Positions 1 to 8,519 of a DNA stretch of 37,875 bases are shown in pieces. Source of the stretch: an uncultured virus (IMG/VR IMGVR_UViG_3300008108_005860) (Duplodnaviria > Heunggongvirae > Uroviricota > Caudoviricetes); the IMG/VR virus record IMGVR_UViG_3300008108_005860; one strand, 5' to 3'. Numbering within the stretch: position 1 is the stretch's first letter; each line of letters begins with the position of its first letter. The notes beneath the pieces are model-generated. The model was not told the DNA's origin. It searched no databases and worked only from the letters and a program-made list of their open reading frames with translations. The position numbers were made by a program, and so were the translations under genes.

Positions 1-2
1 AA

Positions 3-2588
3 ATTATCAAATGTATTTTTTAGACTGGTCAGCCTAGACAGCGTGGCACCCAAAGGACTGTTGCTGGCAGCGCCTTGTTGATTTCTAATACCAGCTAAAT
101 TTACAGCACCGCCTGAATAATTTCTTGCACCACCGGCACGGATATAATCCACATCCGAAGGTAGACTATAGTTGAATGCGCTGAGCAAACAAGGATGTTC
201 ATTGAATTGATAAACTCCAAGGCCGTCCAAATACAGCACCGGGGGCGGTGTGCCTGCCACGGGATTGGAGTCTTGTCCGTAAAACATTTTGCTGGCGCTG
301 CGGAAAAAATGTATCACAGCCAACATATAATCAGCTTCGGCGGCGCTGTTGGCAGTGAACACACCAGTTACAGAAATTTCCTGTACGCTGGAATTTTTGT
401 AGAAATATCCTTTGTAGTTGGTATGTACCAATTCGTAAGCATCATAATTGGCGCGATAGCTTGTTGATATTGTGGGAGTATATGGAAACACCACACCTTG
501 TGTTTCTCTCAAAGGTTGTAATATGCCGGCATCGGGTGCTCGGTACAGATAGTTGGCACCCGGTGCTAGGCCAATTCGCAAACGCCAATCTTCGTTGGTG
601 TTTTTGGCACGCAGTTGTTGTAGAGCCTGTGCTTGACGCAGTGTTTCTACTTCGGCCTGTGTCTGGGCACGAGCAGTCAGTGAACCGTCGGGGCCAACTT
701 CGACTACATCGTCGCCGGTGCCTTCTTCACGTTCGCCGTAATCGCCTTCAACATCGCTGTAGGGATCCACTTCCACTTCATTGCTGTAATCAATGGGATT
801 GTCTTGTTCTTGCTGTTCTTCTTCGCTGAGTTCTCGATCTCCAATGGCTGTGTAGGGATTCTCTGCTGTTAGGTTTCCATCCTCATCTTGTACTATAAGT
901 TGATTTTCTCGTTCCAGATCAATCTGTTCATCTGTTAATTGAGCATCATCTCCGCCTTGGACATCATAAGGATTCTCTGCTGTTAGATTTCCATCTTCGT
1001 CTTGCTCAATCAGTTGATTTTCTCGCGCCAGATCAATCTGTTCATCTGTTAATTCAGCATCATCTCCGCCTTGTACAGCTGTGTAGGGATTCTCTGCTGT
1101 GAAATTTCCATCTTCGTCTACTGTGATCAGTTGATTTTCTCGTTGCTGATCGATTTCGTCGTCGGTTGCAGATTGCTGTGCAGATAATGCAGAATCTAAT
1201 TCTGGGTTTACTGTTGTGGTATTTGGAGTGGCATTGTTTATCTCCGCAGCCTGCTGATTAATAGCGTTGGCCGCGGGATCTGCGTTTCCGGTCACTGCTG
1301 GAGCCCCAGGTGCAGGTGCTGAGCCTCCCGAGGATACTCTGGCTAAGTCATCCTGACTTTGTGTCAAACTTTGTTCTTTGATGGCCAGCACGCTGTTGGT
1401 CTGGCCAATTTTGTTTTCTTGATCGGATATATCTGAGTTCAAGGCATTGCGTTTAGCCAGTATCTCTGCTTGCTCGGGGCTGCCTGGAGCAGCCGACTTT
1501 AGTTCCTCACCCAACTTAGCACGGGCCGCTTCCAATGACTTGAGCTGCGTCTGCTGAATCTCCAAGTCAGATTTTAAGTCATTGACCTGCGCTCGGTAAT
1601 CGTCTACCTGCGTCTGATACGCTCGTGACGTCGAATTGGTATCTGCCGGCCGAGTCAATTCAGGACTTATTGCCGTGTTTACTGGTGCATCTATACTCCT
1701 AGGTTGTGCTGTGTTGAAGGATGCTTGTGGAGATGCTGTGGCGGCACCTTCTACTGTGTTGGTCTGCACCAAGGTATTGTTGCCTTCGGCTCCGGCAATC
1801 TTGGTAGTGTTTACCGCGCTGTCGCCGCTGTCAAGAGCCGCCACCTGTTGGCGTGTGGCTTCGGCTTCTGTGGTTATTCTGGTCTGTGCTGTCTGGGGCA
1901 CTTGCGAATTGGTAACAGAGGATGTCACTGTAGTGCTGTTGATAGTTTCACTAACGCCAGGTTCATATGTGGTGGTAACCTCCCCGCCTTCGCCAGACTT
2001 GGCTTCAAATGCTCGATTGTTCAATGCTGTTTGCTTGGCGCTGAGTTCTCGATAGGTGGGATCTCTCAGAATCTCTCTTCCGCTTTTGCCTTGATCGCGC
2101 AGGCTCTGTGCATAAGCTTCTTTTTCCAAACCGACTGAATCGGCCTGAGTCTGCAGAGCCCGGCTGGCAGGTGTATCCTTATACACAAAATCCGCCACTT
2201 TGAAAGTGGTCACCCCGCCTCCGGATGTGGACACTTGTTCCTCGGTAAAGGTGGTAGTGGTGGTTGTTGTTTTGAGCGGGGGAGATGAAACCACCGGTTG
2301 ATTGGTAATATTGGTGGGCGGAGGATCTTCAAAGAATCGAGCGTTTTCTGCTTGTTCCTCAGCAGTTGGAGTATAAACATTATAATCTACACCCGCTTTT
2401 TTACTGCCAGTAGTATAAACTTCTACTTGGCCACGCGTGGGGCTGCCCGGCACATCGTTTAGTATCAACTCTGTGCTTTCAAGCAGCGCAGTGGCTCCGG
2501 GAACTTGTTGTTCTGCCTGTTCTAAGGTAAGACCCTGAGATGTCAGTCTGTTGAGTTCTGCGGCTATCTGTTGTGGTGTCAATGCCAT
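3..2588 (-). CDS. Baseplate/tail-tube initiator-like protein (gp48/gp54-type C-terminal domain) with a long low-complexity N-terminal extension; 3' end runs off the window
   Basis: Not in the ORF track. ATG at 2588 (MALTPQQIAAELNRL...) follows AGGA and a GCTAAATA promoter, and hand translation stays open to the window edge. The C-terminal part DWRLRIGL...GVVFPYTPTI...FFRSASKMFYG...GTPPPVLYLDGLG resembles tube-fold baseplate proteins of T4-like phages. Confidence 0.7.
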   Translation of the reverse strand, partial: MALTPQQIAAELNRLTSQGLTLEQAEQQVPGATALLESTELILNDVPGSPTRGQVEVYTTGSKKAGVDYNVYTPTAEEQAENARFFEDPPPTNITNQPVVSSPPLKTTTTTTTFTEEQVSTSGGGVTTFKVADFVYKDTPASRALQTQADSVGLEKEAYAQSLRDQGKSGREILRDPTYRELSAKQTALNNRAFEAKSGEGGEVTTTYEPGVSETINSTTVTSSVTNSQVPQTAQTRITTEAEATRQQVAALDSGDSAVNTTKIAGAEGNNTLVQTNTVEGAATASPQASFNTAQPRSIDAPVNTAISPELTRPADTNSTSRAYQTQVDDYRAQVNDLKSDLEIQQTQLKSLEAARAKLGEELKSAAPGSPEQAEILAKRNALNSDISDQENKIGQTNSVLAIKEQSLTQSQDDLARVSSGGSAPAPGAPAVTGNADPAANAINQQAAEINNATPNTTTVNPELDSALSAQQSATDDEIDQQRENQLITVDEDGNFTAENPYTAVQGGDDAELTDEQIDLARENQLIEQDEDGNLTAENPYDVQGGDDAQLTDEQIDLERENQLIVQDEDGNLTAENPYTAIGDRELSEEEQQEQDNPIDYSNEVEVDPYSDVEGDYGEREEGTGDDVVEVGPDGSLTARAQTQAEVETLRQAQALQQLRAKNTNEDWRLRIGLAPGANYLYRAPDAGILQPLRETQGVVFPYTPTISTSYRANYDAYELVHTNYKGYFYKNSSVQEISVTGVFTANSAAEADYMLAVIHFFRSASKMFYGQDSNPVAGTPPPVLYLDGLGVYQFNEHPCLLSAFNYSLPSDVDYIRAGGARNYSGGAVNLAGIRNQQGAASNSPLGATLSRLTSLKNTFDN
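850..1165 (-). repeat. Three imperfect coding tandem repeats of 114-117 bp (38-39 aa, RENQLIxxDEDGNxTAENPY...GGDDAxLTDEQIDL)
   Basis: GGATTCTCTGCTG recurs at 856, 970 and 1087 with similar flanks. Confidence 0.9.
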
Positions 2589-2607
2589 TGCTTTATCCTG
2601 TTATCTA

Positions 2608-2615
2608 TATTTAGC
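2608..2615 (-). promoter_or_regulatory. T4-type late promoter GCTAAATA
   Basis: TAAATA core 20 nt upstream of the ATG at 2588; the same motif precedes most structural genes in the window. Confidence 0.7.
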
Positions 2616-2650
2616 ACCCGTAAAAACGGCGATTTTGGAGTGATCCGCGG

Positions 2651-2683
2651 TTGACACAACGGCAATTTGTTGTAAAATAAATA
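2651..2683 (+). promoter_or_regulatory. Sigma70-type promoter (TTGACA-N16-TAAAAT) overlapping a TAAATA late core
   Basis: TTGACA 2651-2656, TAAAAT 2673-2678, TAAATA 2678-2683, upstream of gp55. Confidence 0.7.
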
Positions 2684-2703
2684 CATTCTAACAAGGATTC
2701 ACC

Positions 2704-3573
2704 ATGGCATTGGCCGCACCCAGAAACTACCTAAACAACCGCGATTTACTGAAAGAAATACACCTAAGCAAAAACACCTACTGCTATTACGCTGACAGAA
2801 CACAGGATCATCAGTATGACATCATCTTGGCCAGTGTTGCCAAGATCAATCGCAATACCATAGCCGAAGCACGCAGAAATCGTGCAGCCAGACTGACCAA
2901 GGAAACTGGCGCAGAAGTCAACGAAAAAAAGATTCCGCACACGGATTTGGTGTTTCGCATCATGACCTGGGAGCATATTCCCATGGCGCCTAAAAAAGTG
3001 CCCAAGGCACAGGCCAAGAAGAAATCCGTGGAAGAACTGTTTGGCTGGGAAGAACTGCCTGAAGAAGATCCCTTGGCCGAAATAGTGGACATCGTGCCCG
3101 AAGAAGAACCCGTGGCACAGACACATATCAGATTGAACTTTCCGCCGTTTGAACACTTCCGGCTCACGGAAGACAAAGATCCTTACATCGTGGGCCGCAG
3201 CCACTGGTCCGGAGATCTTGACACCGGAGTGTTTTGCAAAGAACACGGCAAGATGACCAACAAACTGGCACATATGTTTATCAAACTGTGCGAGCGCTAT
3301 GCCACCCGATCAAACTGGCGTGGTTATACCTACAACGAAGAAATGCGCGGCACCGCACTGCTGCAATTGAGCCAGATTGGATTGAAGTTTGATGAATCAA
3401 AATCAGACAATCCTTTTGCTTACTATACCGCGGCCATAACCAATTCCTTTACTCGTGTGCTCAACGAAGAAAAGAAAAATCAAAACATCAGAGATGACAT
3501 ATTAGAAATCAATGGACTCAATCCCAGTTGGACAAGACAAATGTCCAATCAGACTGTGAAGTACGAAGAATAA
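2704..3573 (+). CDS. gp55: Late-transcription sigma factor
   Basis: NYLNNRDLL start, NWRGYTYNEEMR and FDESKSDNPFAYYT motifs; lies directly upstream of gp47/gp46 as in T4-like phages. Confidence 0.85.
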   Translation: MALAAPRNYLNNRDLLKEIHLSKNTYCYYADRTQDHQYDIILASVAKINRNTIAEARRNRAARLTKETGAEVNEKKIPHTDLVFRIMTWEHIPMAPKKVPKAQAKKKSVEELFGWEELPEEDPLAEIVDIVPEEEPVAQTHIRLNFPPFEHFRLTEDKDPYIVGRSHWSGDLDTGVFCKEHGKMTNKLAHMFIKLCERYATRSNWRGYTYNEEMRGTALLQLSQIGLKFDESKSDNPFAYYTAAITNSFTRVLNEEKKNQNIRDDILEINGLNPSWTRQMSNQTVKYEE

Positions 3574-3591
3574 CTGCTACACTAGCACTCT

Positions 3592-4608
3592 ATGGATAAA
3601 CTTTTCAAGAAGGCTGCTGTCTTTACGGACATCCACTTTGGACTCAAGTCCAACAGCCAACTGCACAATGAAGACTGTTTGAATTTCGTAATCTGGGCCA
3701 CTGCCGAGGCAAAAAAACAAGGCTGTGAAGTGGCCATGTTCTTGGGAGACTGGCACAACAATCGTGCCAACATCAACATCGTAACACTAAATTATAGTTT
3801 ACGAGCCTTAGAACATCTCAATGACAACTTTGATGCTGTTTATTTTATTCCTGGGAATCATGACCTGTACTATCGCGATCGTCGTGATATTCAAAGCGTG
3901 GCTTGGGCTAGACACTTACCGCGAGTTAATATTGTCAACGATTGGTTTAGTGGCGGTGATGTTGCTATCTGTCCTTGGCTCGTTGGCGAGGATCATAAAA
4001 AGCTTCGTTTCCTAGACAAGCAGTATGTGTTTGGGCATTTTGAACTGCCCACATTCTTGATGAATGCCATGGTAGAAATGCCCAGCCACGGTGAACTGTC
4101 CGCAGATGATCTGGCCAGTGCAGGCCACGTGTTTTCCGGACACTTTCATATGCGGCAGACCAAAAAGAATGTGACCTACATAGGCAACTGTTTTCCGCAC
4201 AACTACGCAGATGCCGGCGACGATGCTCGCGGACTCATGATCTTGGAGTGGGGGCAACAGCCTGTGTATCATGCCTGGCCCGACCAGCCCACTTATCGTG
4301 TGATGAATCTCAGCACTGCGATTGATTCTGCGGATCAGGTTTTCCGCTCAGGTATGCACGCTAGGCTGCAGTTGGACATAGACATATCCTACGAAGAAGC
4401 CAACTTTATCAAAGAAACGTTCCACGAAAAATACAAACTTAGAGAAGTCAGTCTGATACCCAACAAGATGCAAGGCGTTGAAACAGATCTAGCACCAGGC
4501 AATGTGAAGTTTGAATCAGTGGATCAGATCGTCACACAGCAGATCACAGACATTGGCAGCGATCATTATGACAACAAGCTGCTGTTGGAAATATGGCATA
4601 GACTATGA
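3592..4608 (+). CDS. gp47: Recombination nuclease subunit (Mre11/SbcD-like)
   Basis: Metallophosphoesterase motifs DIHFG, GDWH, GNHD, GHF and SGHFH; overlaps the next gene by ATGA. Confidence 0.92.
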   Translation: MDKLFKKAAVFTDIHFGLKSNSQLHNEDCLNFVIWATAEAKKQGCEVAMFLGDWHNNRANINIVTLNYSLRALEHLNDNFDAVYFIPGNHDLYYRDRRDIQSVAWARHLPRVNIVNDWFSGGDVAICPWLVGEDHKKLRFLDKQYVFGHFELPTFLMNAMVEMPSHGELSADDLASAGHVFSGHFHMRQTKKNVTYIGNCFPHNYADAGDDARGLMILEWGQQPVYHAWPDQPTYRVMNLSTAIDSADQVFRSGMHARLQLDIDISYEEANFIKETFHEKYKLREVSLIPNKMQGVETDLAPGNVKFESVDQIVTQQITDIGSDHYDNKLLLEIWHRL

Positions 4609-6368
4609 TACGCATCAACAAACTCACTGTGAAAAACTTCATGAGTGTGGGCAATACCACACAAGGTATCGACTTTGATCGCCAGGATCTAACCTTGGTC
4701 TTGGGCGAAAATCTAGACCTTGGTGGAGATGGTTCGCGCAACGGCACAGGCAAGACCACTATCATCAATGCTTTGAGTTATGCGCTATATGGGCAGGCCC
4801 TGACCAACATACGTAAAGACAATCTCATAAACAAGACCAATGCCAAGAACATGATTGTGAGTTTGGATTTCAATGTGAACAATCAGCGATATCGCATTGA
4901 GCGTGGACGCAAACCCAATGTACTTAAATTCAGCATTGACGACGAAGTACAGCAAACCGAAGATGACAACAGCCAAGGTGACTCAAGAGAAACACAGTTG
5001 GCTATAGAACGCACCCTGGGCATGACCCACGATATGTTCAAACACATCTTGGCACTAAACACCTACACAGAACCTTTTCTAAGCCTCAAAGCCAATGACC
5101 AGCGTGCCATCATTGAACAGTTGTTAGGTATCACTTTGTTGAGCGAAAAAGCAGATCTGCTCAAGGAAGAAATGCGTGAAACCAAAGACGCCATGAGCCA
5201 AGAAGAGCATCGTATCAAAGCCATGATCGAAGCCAATCGCCGCATGGAAGAGCAGATAGAAAGTTTGAAACGCAGGCAAACTCTTTGGATCAACAAACGC
5301 GACGAAGATATCACTGCACTACAACGTCAAGTGGATGAACTTGGCCATCTAGACATAGAAGCAGAACTGCAGGCGCATCGTGACTTATTGGCCTACAATC
5401 AGCGTGCCAAAGATCTCAAAGATCTTGGTGCTGCCATTGCTCGTGGGCAAACCGACGCTGGTCGCGAGTCTCGGCTGATAGACAAGATCACCAAAGAGAT
5501 AGCCAGCCTACAGGATCATCGCTGCCACGCCTGCGGTCAGGATCTACACGATGCTGATCACGGCAAGATGCTGACCAGCAAACAGCAAGATCTATCACAG
5601 TCACAAGCAAACTTACAAAAGATCAATCAAGATCTTGCAGAGTTATCCCTGGCAGTCACAGCAGTGGGTCCGCTGGGCACACAGCCCAAGGTGTATTATG
5701 ATCAAGAAGCAGATGCGCACGAGCATCGCAGTAGACTGGCCAGTGCCGAACTGAACTTGAAAAACAAACAGGCCGAGACAGATCCTTATGCAGAACAGAT
5801 TGAAGAAATGCAGCAACAGGCCTTGGTTGAAATCGACTATGATATGGTCAATCAACTGAAACGATTGCAGGATCATCAGGACTTCTTGCTGAAACTGCTG
5901 ACCAGCAAAGATTCGTTTGTGCGCAAAAAGATCATTGATCAGAATCTCTCATATCTCAACAGCAGGCTCACACACTATCTAGATCGCATAGGCCTGCCGC
6001 ACACAGTGGTATTCCAAAACGATCTAACTGTACAGATCACAGAACTGGGCCGGGACCTGGACTTTGACAATCTTTCGCGCGGTGAGCGCAATCGCTTGAT
6101 ACTGAGTCTGTCCTGGGCGTTTCGTGATGTGTGGGAAAGTTTATACTCGCCGGTGAATGTGTTGTTCATTGACGAACTGATAGATTCTGGTATGGATTCA
6201 TCGGGTGTGGAAAATGCTCTGGCCCTGCTGAAGAAAATGACCAGAGAGCGCAACAAAAGTGTTTGGTTGGTGTCGCACAAAGACGAACTGGCCGGACGTG
6301 TGGAAAACATATTGAAAGTGGTCAAAGAAGGTGGCTTTACTTCCTATGCCACTGATGTGACCAATTAA
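4605..6368 (+). CDS. gp46: Recombination ATPase subunit (Rad50/SbcC-like)
   Basis: Walker A NGTGKTT, coiled coil with CHAC zinc hook, signature LSRGE, Walker B LFIDE, H-loop SH. Confidence 0.93.
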   Translation: MIRINKLTVKNFMSVGNTTQGIDFDRQDLTLVLGENLDLGGDGSRNGTGKTTIINALSYALYGQALTNIRKDNLINKTNAKNMIVSLDFNVNNQRYRIERGRKPNVLKFSIDDEVQQTEDDNSQGDSRETQLAIERTLGMTHDMFKHILALNTYTEPFLSLKANDQRAIIEQLLGITLLSEKADLLKEEMRETKDAMSQEEHRIKAMIEANRRMEEQIESLKRRQTLWINKRDEDITALQRQVDELGHLDIEAELQAHRDLLAYNQRAKDLKDLGAAIARGQTDAGRESRLIDKITKEIASLQDHRCHACGQDLHDADHGKMLTSKQQDLSQSQANLQKINQDLAELSLAVTAVGPLGTQPKVYYDQEADAHEHRSRLASAELNLKNKQAETDPYAEQIEEMQQQALVEIDYDMVNQLKRLQDHQDFLLKLLTSKDSFVRKKIIDQNLSYLNSRLTHYLDRIGLPHTVVFQNDLTVQITELGRDLDFDNLSRGERNRLILSLSWAFRDVWESLYSPVNVLFIDELIDSGMDSSGVENALALLKKMTRERNKSVWLVSHKDELAGRVENILKVVKEGGFTSYATDVTN

Positions 6369-6406
6369 ATTTTGAACAGACTCTAGACTCAGCTAACTAT
6401 CTGCCT

Positions 6407-6916
6407 ATGCCATCAAAAAGTAAATCCAAAGGAAGCAGTTGGGAACGAGCAGTAGCCTTGCACCTAACTGAACTCTATGGAGAAACTTTTACCCGTGTGC
6501 CCAATTCAGGCGCATACATTGGTGGCAAGAACACACATCGCAAACAAACACTACACGAAGGTCAGATCCGCGCTTTCAAAGGCGACATCATACCCGGGCA
6601 GAGTTTTCCGCGATTCAATTGTGAATGCAAGTCGTATGCAGACTTTCCATTCCATCAACTGTTCCAAGGGCAGGTTGCTGTTTTAGAAACGTGGCTTGAT
6701 CAACTGATGGACGTTGCCGATCCCGGTGACTACAACATATTGATCATGAAATTCAATCGCAAAGGCAAATACATCGCAACTCAGGCTCACAGAGACCATC
6801 TCCTATCTAGACAATTCAACTACGGCTCCATCAAACACGATCATTGGTATATCATGGATTACGATCAGTTCTGGGAAACAAACGCTGATCTAGTCCGGCA
6901 GTATTGCGCTGCCTAA
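6407..6916 (+). CDS. Holliday-junction resolvase-like PD-(D/E)XK nuclease
   Basis: SKSKGSSWER...GDI...ECK pattern of Hjc-type resolvases; adjacent to gp46. Confidence 0.75.
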   Translation: MPSKSKSKGSSWERAVALHLTELYGETFTRVPNSGAYIGGKNTHRKQTLHEGQIRAFKGDIIPGQSFPRFNCECKSYADFPFHQLFQGQVAVLETWLDQLMDVADPGDYNILIMKFNRKGKYIATQAHRDHLLSRQFNYGSIKHDHWYIMDYDQFWETNADLVRQYCAA

Positions 6917-6936
6917 CTACAGAACCCTACAATACG

Positions 6937-7300
6937 ACCTGCGCTGGCTGCTGGAATGCCAGTCTCCAAGATGGACCCTCTGGGCCCTGGGTGTGGAGAG
7001 TCACCGCAATCGATGAGTTAGCACATATCCATGCTCCTAGAGCGAAAAATGTAGCACAAAAGATGCAGGCACTGTGAAAAAGAAACAACCTGCGCTGATC
7101 CGGGATTCGTCAGATGGGTCCAGGGTCAGTACCGTTGAAATGAACGCTGAAGTAGGGGGTACCGGTCAACCGCCTCCGTGTAGTGTACCAGACTACAATC
7201 TTCTTAATCTGACGGCTCTTCCAGGTGACGGGAAAACTCTGACCATGGCAAGCGATAGTTCACCCGCCCAGGGTGAACTACGGCTCAAGGCTCTGGGAAA
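6937..7300 (+). ncRNA. Candidate large structured ncRNA with pseudoknots (family not recognised)
   Basis: At least nine local stems plus long-range complementarities 7108-7115/7207-7214 and 7000-7005/7224-7229; several G-U pairs favour the + strand. Boundaries are approximate. Confidence 0.6.
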
Positions 7301-7341
7301 TCAGTTTAAAGTAACAAAGGTTTTGACAGTAAACTTTAGGA

Positions 7342-7393
7342 TGAACTAAGTTCAGATGAGCGCAAGCGAAATCTGAAGATCACGCAGTGATCT
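7342..7393. repeat. Palindrome plus two adjacent hairpins
   Basis: TGAACT-A-AGTTCA (7342-7354); TTCAGAT...ATCTGAA (7351-7377) enclosing GAGCGCAAGCGAA; AGATCAC-GCA-GTGATCT (7377-7393). Confidence 0.8.
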
Positions 7394-7453
7394 ATAAACA
7401 GTGTGAGACTCGTGCTTGAGAAATGACATACCCTGACTTGACTGTGACCAAAA

Positions 7454-7690
7454 TTAAAAGAATGGCAATCCAGACTTCTTGGTGGTTTCCATGTGCTGTT
7501 TGGTCATGTCATTGAACAATTTGCGATCGGTGGGACTGAGATAGAATGCATCTTCGTAAGATATACCACCACGGCTAAGCCATGATATTTCCCACATTTC
7601 GCTCCTAATACCGTTGATGTCTCGATCCATTTTTGACACCAACTGTTCAATCGATTCTTGATCTAGTACTAGGAGCTGCGCCCGAAAAAA
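7454..7690 (-). CDS. Small baseplate-hub/tail-chaperone ORF, probably expressed as the -1 frameshift extension of the upstream gene
   Basis: Frame is open from the T-TTT-TTC heptamer at 7690-7684 to TAA at 7454. The WLSRGGISYEDAFYLSPTDRK motif resembles the small second part of myovirus tail chaperones. An independent start at 7642 or 7630 is possible. Confidence 0.65.
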   Translation of the reverse strand, partial: FFRAQLLVLDQESIEQLVSKMDRDINGIRSEMWEISWLSRGGISYEDAFYLSPTDRKLFNDMTKQHMETTKKSGLPFF

Positions 7691-8508
7691 TTTGATAGAT
7701 CCAACACCAGGGGTTGTTCGTAGTCCTTGCTACAGTGACTACAGGTCAACTTCAGCGGTTTGAGATTGCTGGCACTGCGTTTGGCAATGGCAGCATCTTT
7801 GATAGCATTGAAAATCTGACTGCTACAGTTGGTTAAAAATTCCAAGATCTGTGATTCATCATCTACTATGACATCATCGGTGCGTATGCTACCAATGCTG
7901 CGACTCAGTGCTTTGATGGTTCCTTCGGTTACTTTCAAAATGAGATCATTGATCTGTTGCAGTCGATCAGCATTGGTAAGATCTGCTGTGGGCATGATTT
8001 CTGCTAGTTTTTGCTCGTTGAAGTGATCTTGATTGGTTTCGTTGATTTCTTTATAGGTCAAAGGTCTGAACATGATTTCAAAGTTGCCAATCACTGTGGA
8101 TTTTTGATACTCGCTGCGGCCTATCATGGCCAGCTGATGGTTTAGATCTATCACATACTCTGATGTTTCTTGACAGTGCGTGCAGGATCCAGTGACATCT
8201 ATGTCCTTGCCGTAGGTGGCAATCTTGATGGCTATCAACATAGCGTCAAGATCGATACTGGGCACTGCCCAGGCATTTTTCACATTGGGTATGCAACTCT
8301 GTATGAGACTGATCACACTGGAGCCGTTGAACAGCGCATCAGGAGTCTTGTTCAGTATCTCATCCCGCACAGTCATGGGATACACTGGAAGTTCTCCGTT
8401 TTCAGGCATGTCAAGATCATTGGGTCCATAGTGTAGTCCGTTTGAAGGTAGTCGCAAAAATATCGTGGGCTGCCTAAAATAGCGAGTCAAAGGGTTAAAA
8501 GATGTCAT
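7669..8508 (-). CDS. T4 gp26/gp51-family baseplate hub assembly protein
   Basis: LRLPSNG...PMTVRDEI...DLDAMLIAIKIATYG, two CxxC pairs (CTHC, CSHC), ends in NFF. ATG 8508 preferred over TTG 8535 because of promoter position. Confidence 0.75.
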   Translation of the reverse strand: MTSFNPLTRYFRQPTIFLRLPSNGLHYGPNDLDMPENGELPVYPMTVRDEILNKTPDALFNGSSVISLIQSCIPNVKNAWAVPSIDLDAMLIAIKIATYGKDIDVTGSCTHCQETSEYVIDLNHQLAMIGRSEYQKSTVIGNFEIMFRPLTYKEINETNQDHFNEQKLAEIMPTADLTNADRLQQINDLILKVTEGTIKALSRSIGSIRTDDVIVDDESQILEFLTNCSSQIFNAIKDAAIAKRSASNLKPLKLTCSHCSKDYEQPLVLDLSNFFGRSS

Positions 8509-8519
8509 TTTTCTGTCCA

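Noticed and set aside
195..2138. Plus-strand ORFs in the first 2.1 kb
   Set aside because: Antisense shadows of the long minus-strand gene starting at 2588.
7189..7261. Group I intron-like P7 elements (CAGACTACA and GATAGTTC)
   Set aside because: Both segments sit in better local hairpins, no gene is interrupted, and I could not build the P3-P7 core by eye; a covariance search would settle it.
7074..7349. 91-aa ORF in the intergenic region
   Set aside because: GTG start without RBS, no recognisable motif, and it lies across dense base-paired structure; more likely incidental.
7353..7371. Hammerhead-like core CAGATGA-GC-GCAA-GC-GAAA
   Set aside because: CAGA replaces CUGA, and the only partner for stem III is the core itself, so stems I and III cannot form.
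6917..7453. tRNA, tmRNA or RNase P RNA
   Set aside because: No cloverleaf or T-loop with acceptor stem, and no GAGGAAAGTCC signature.
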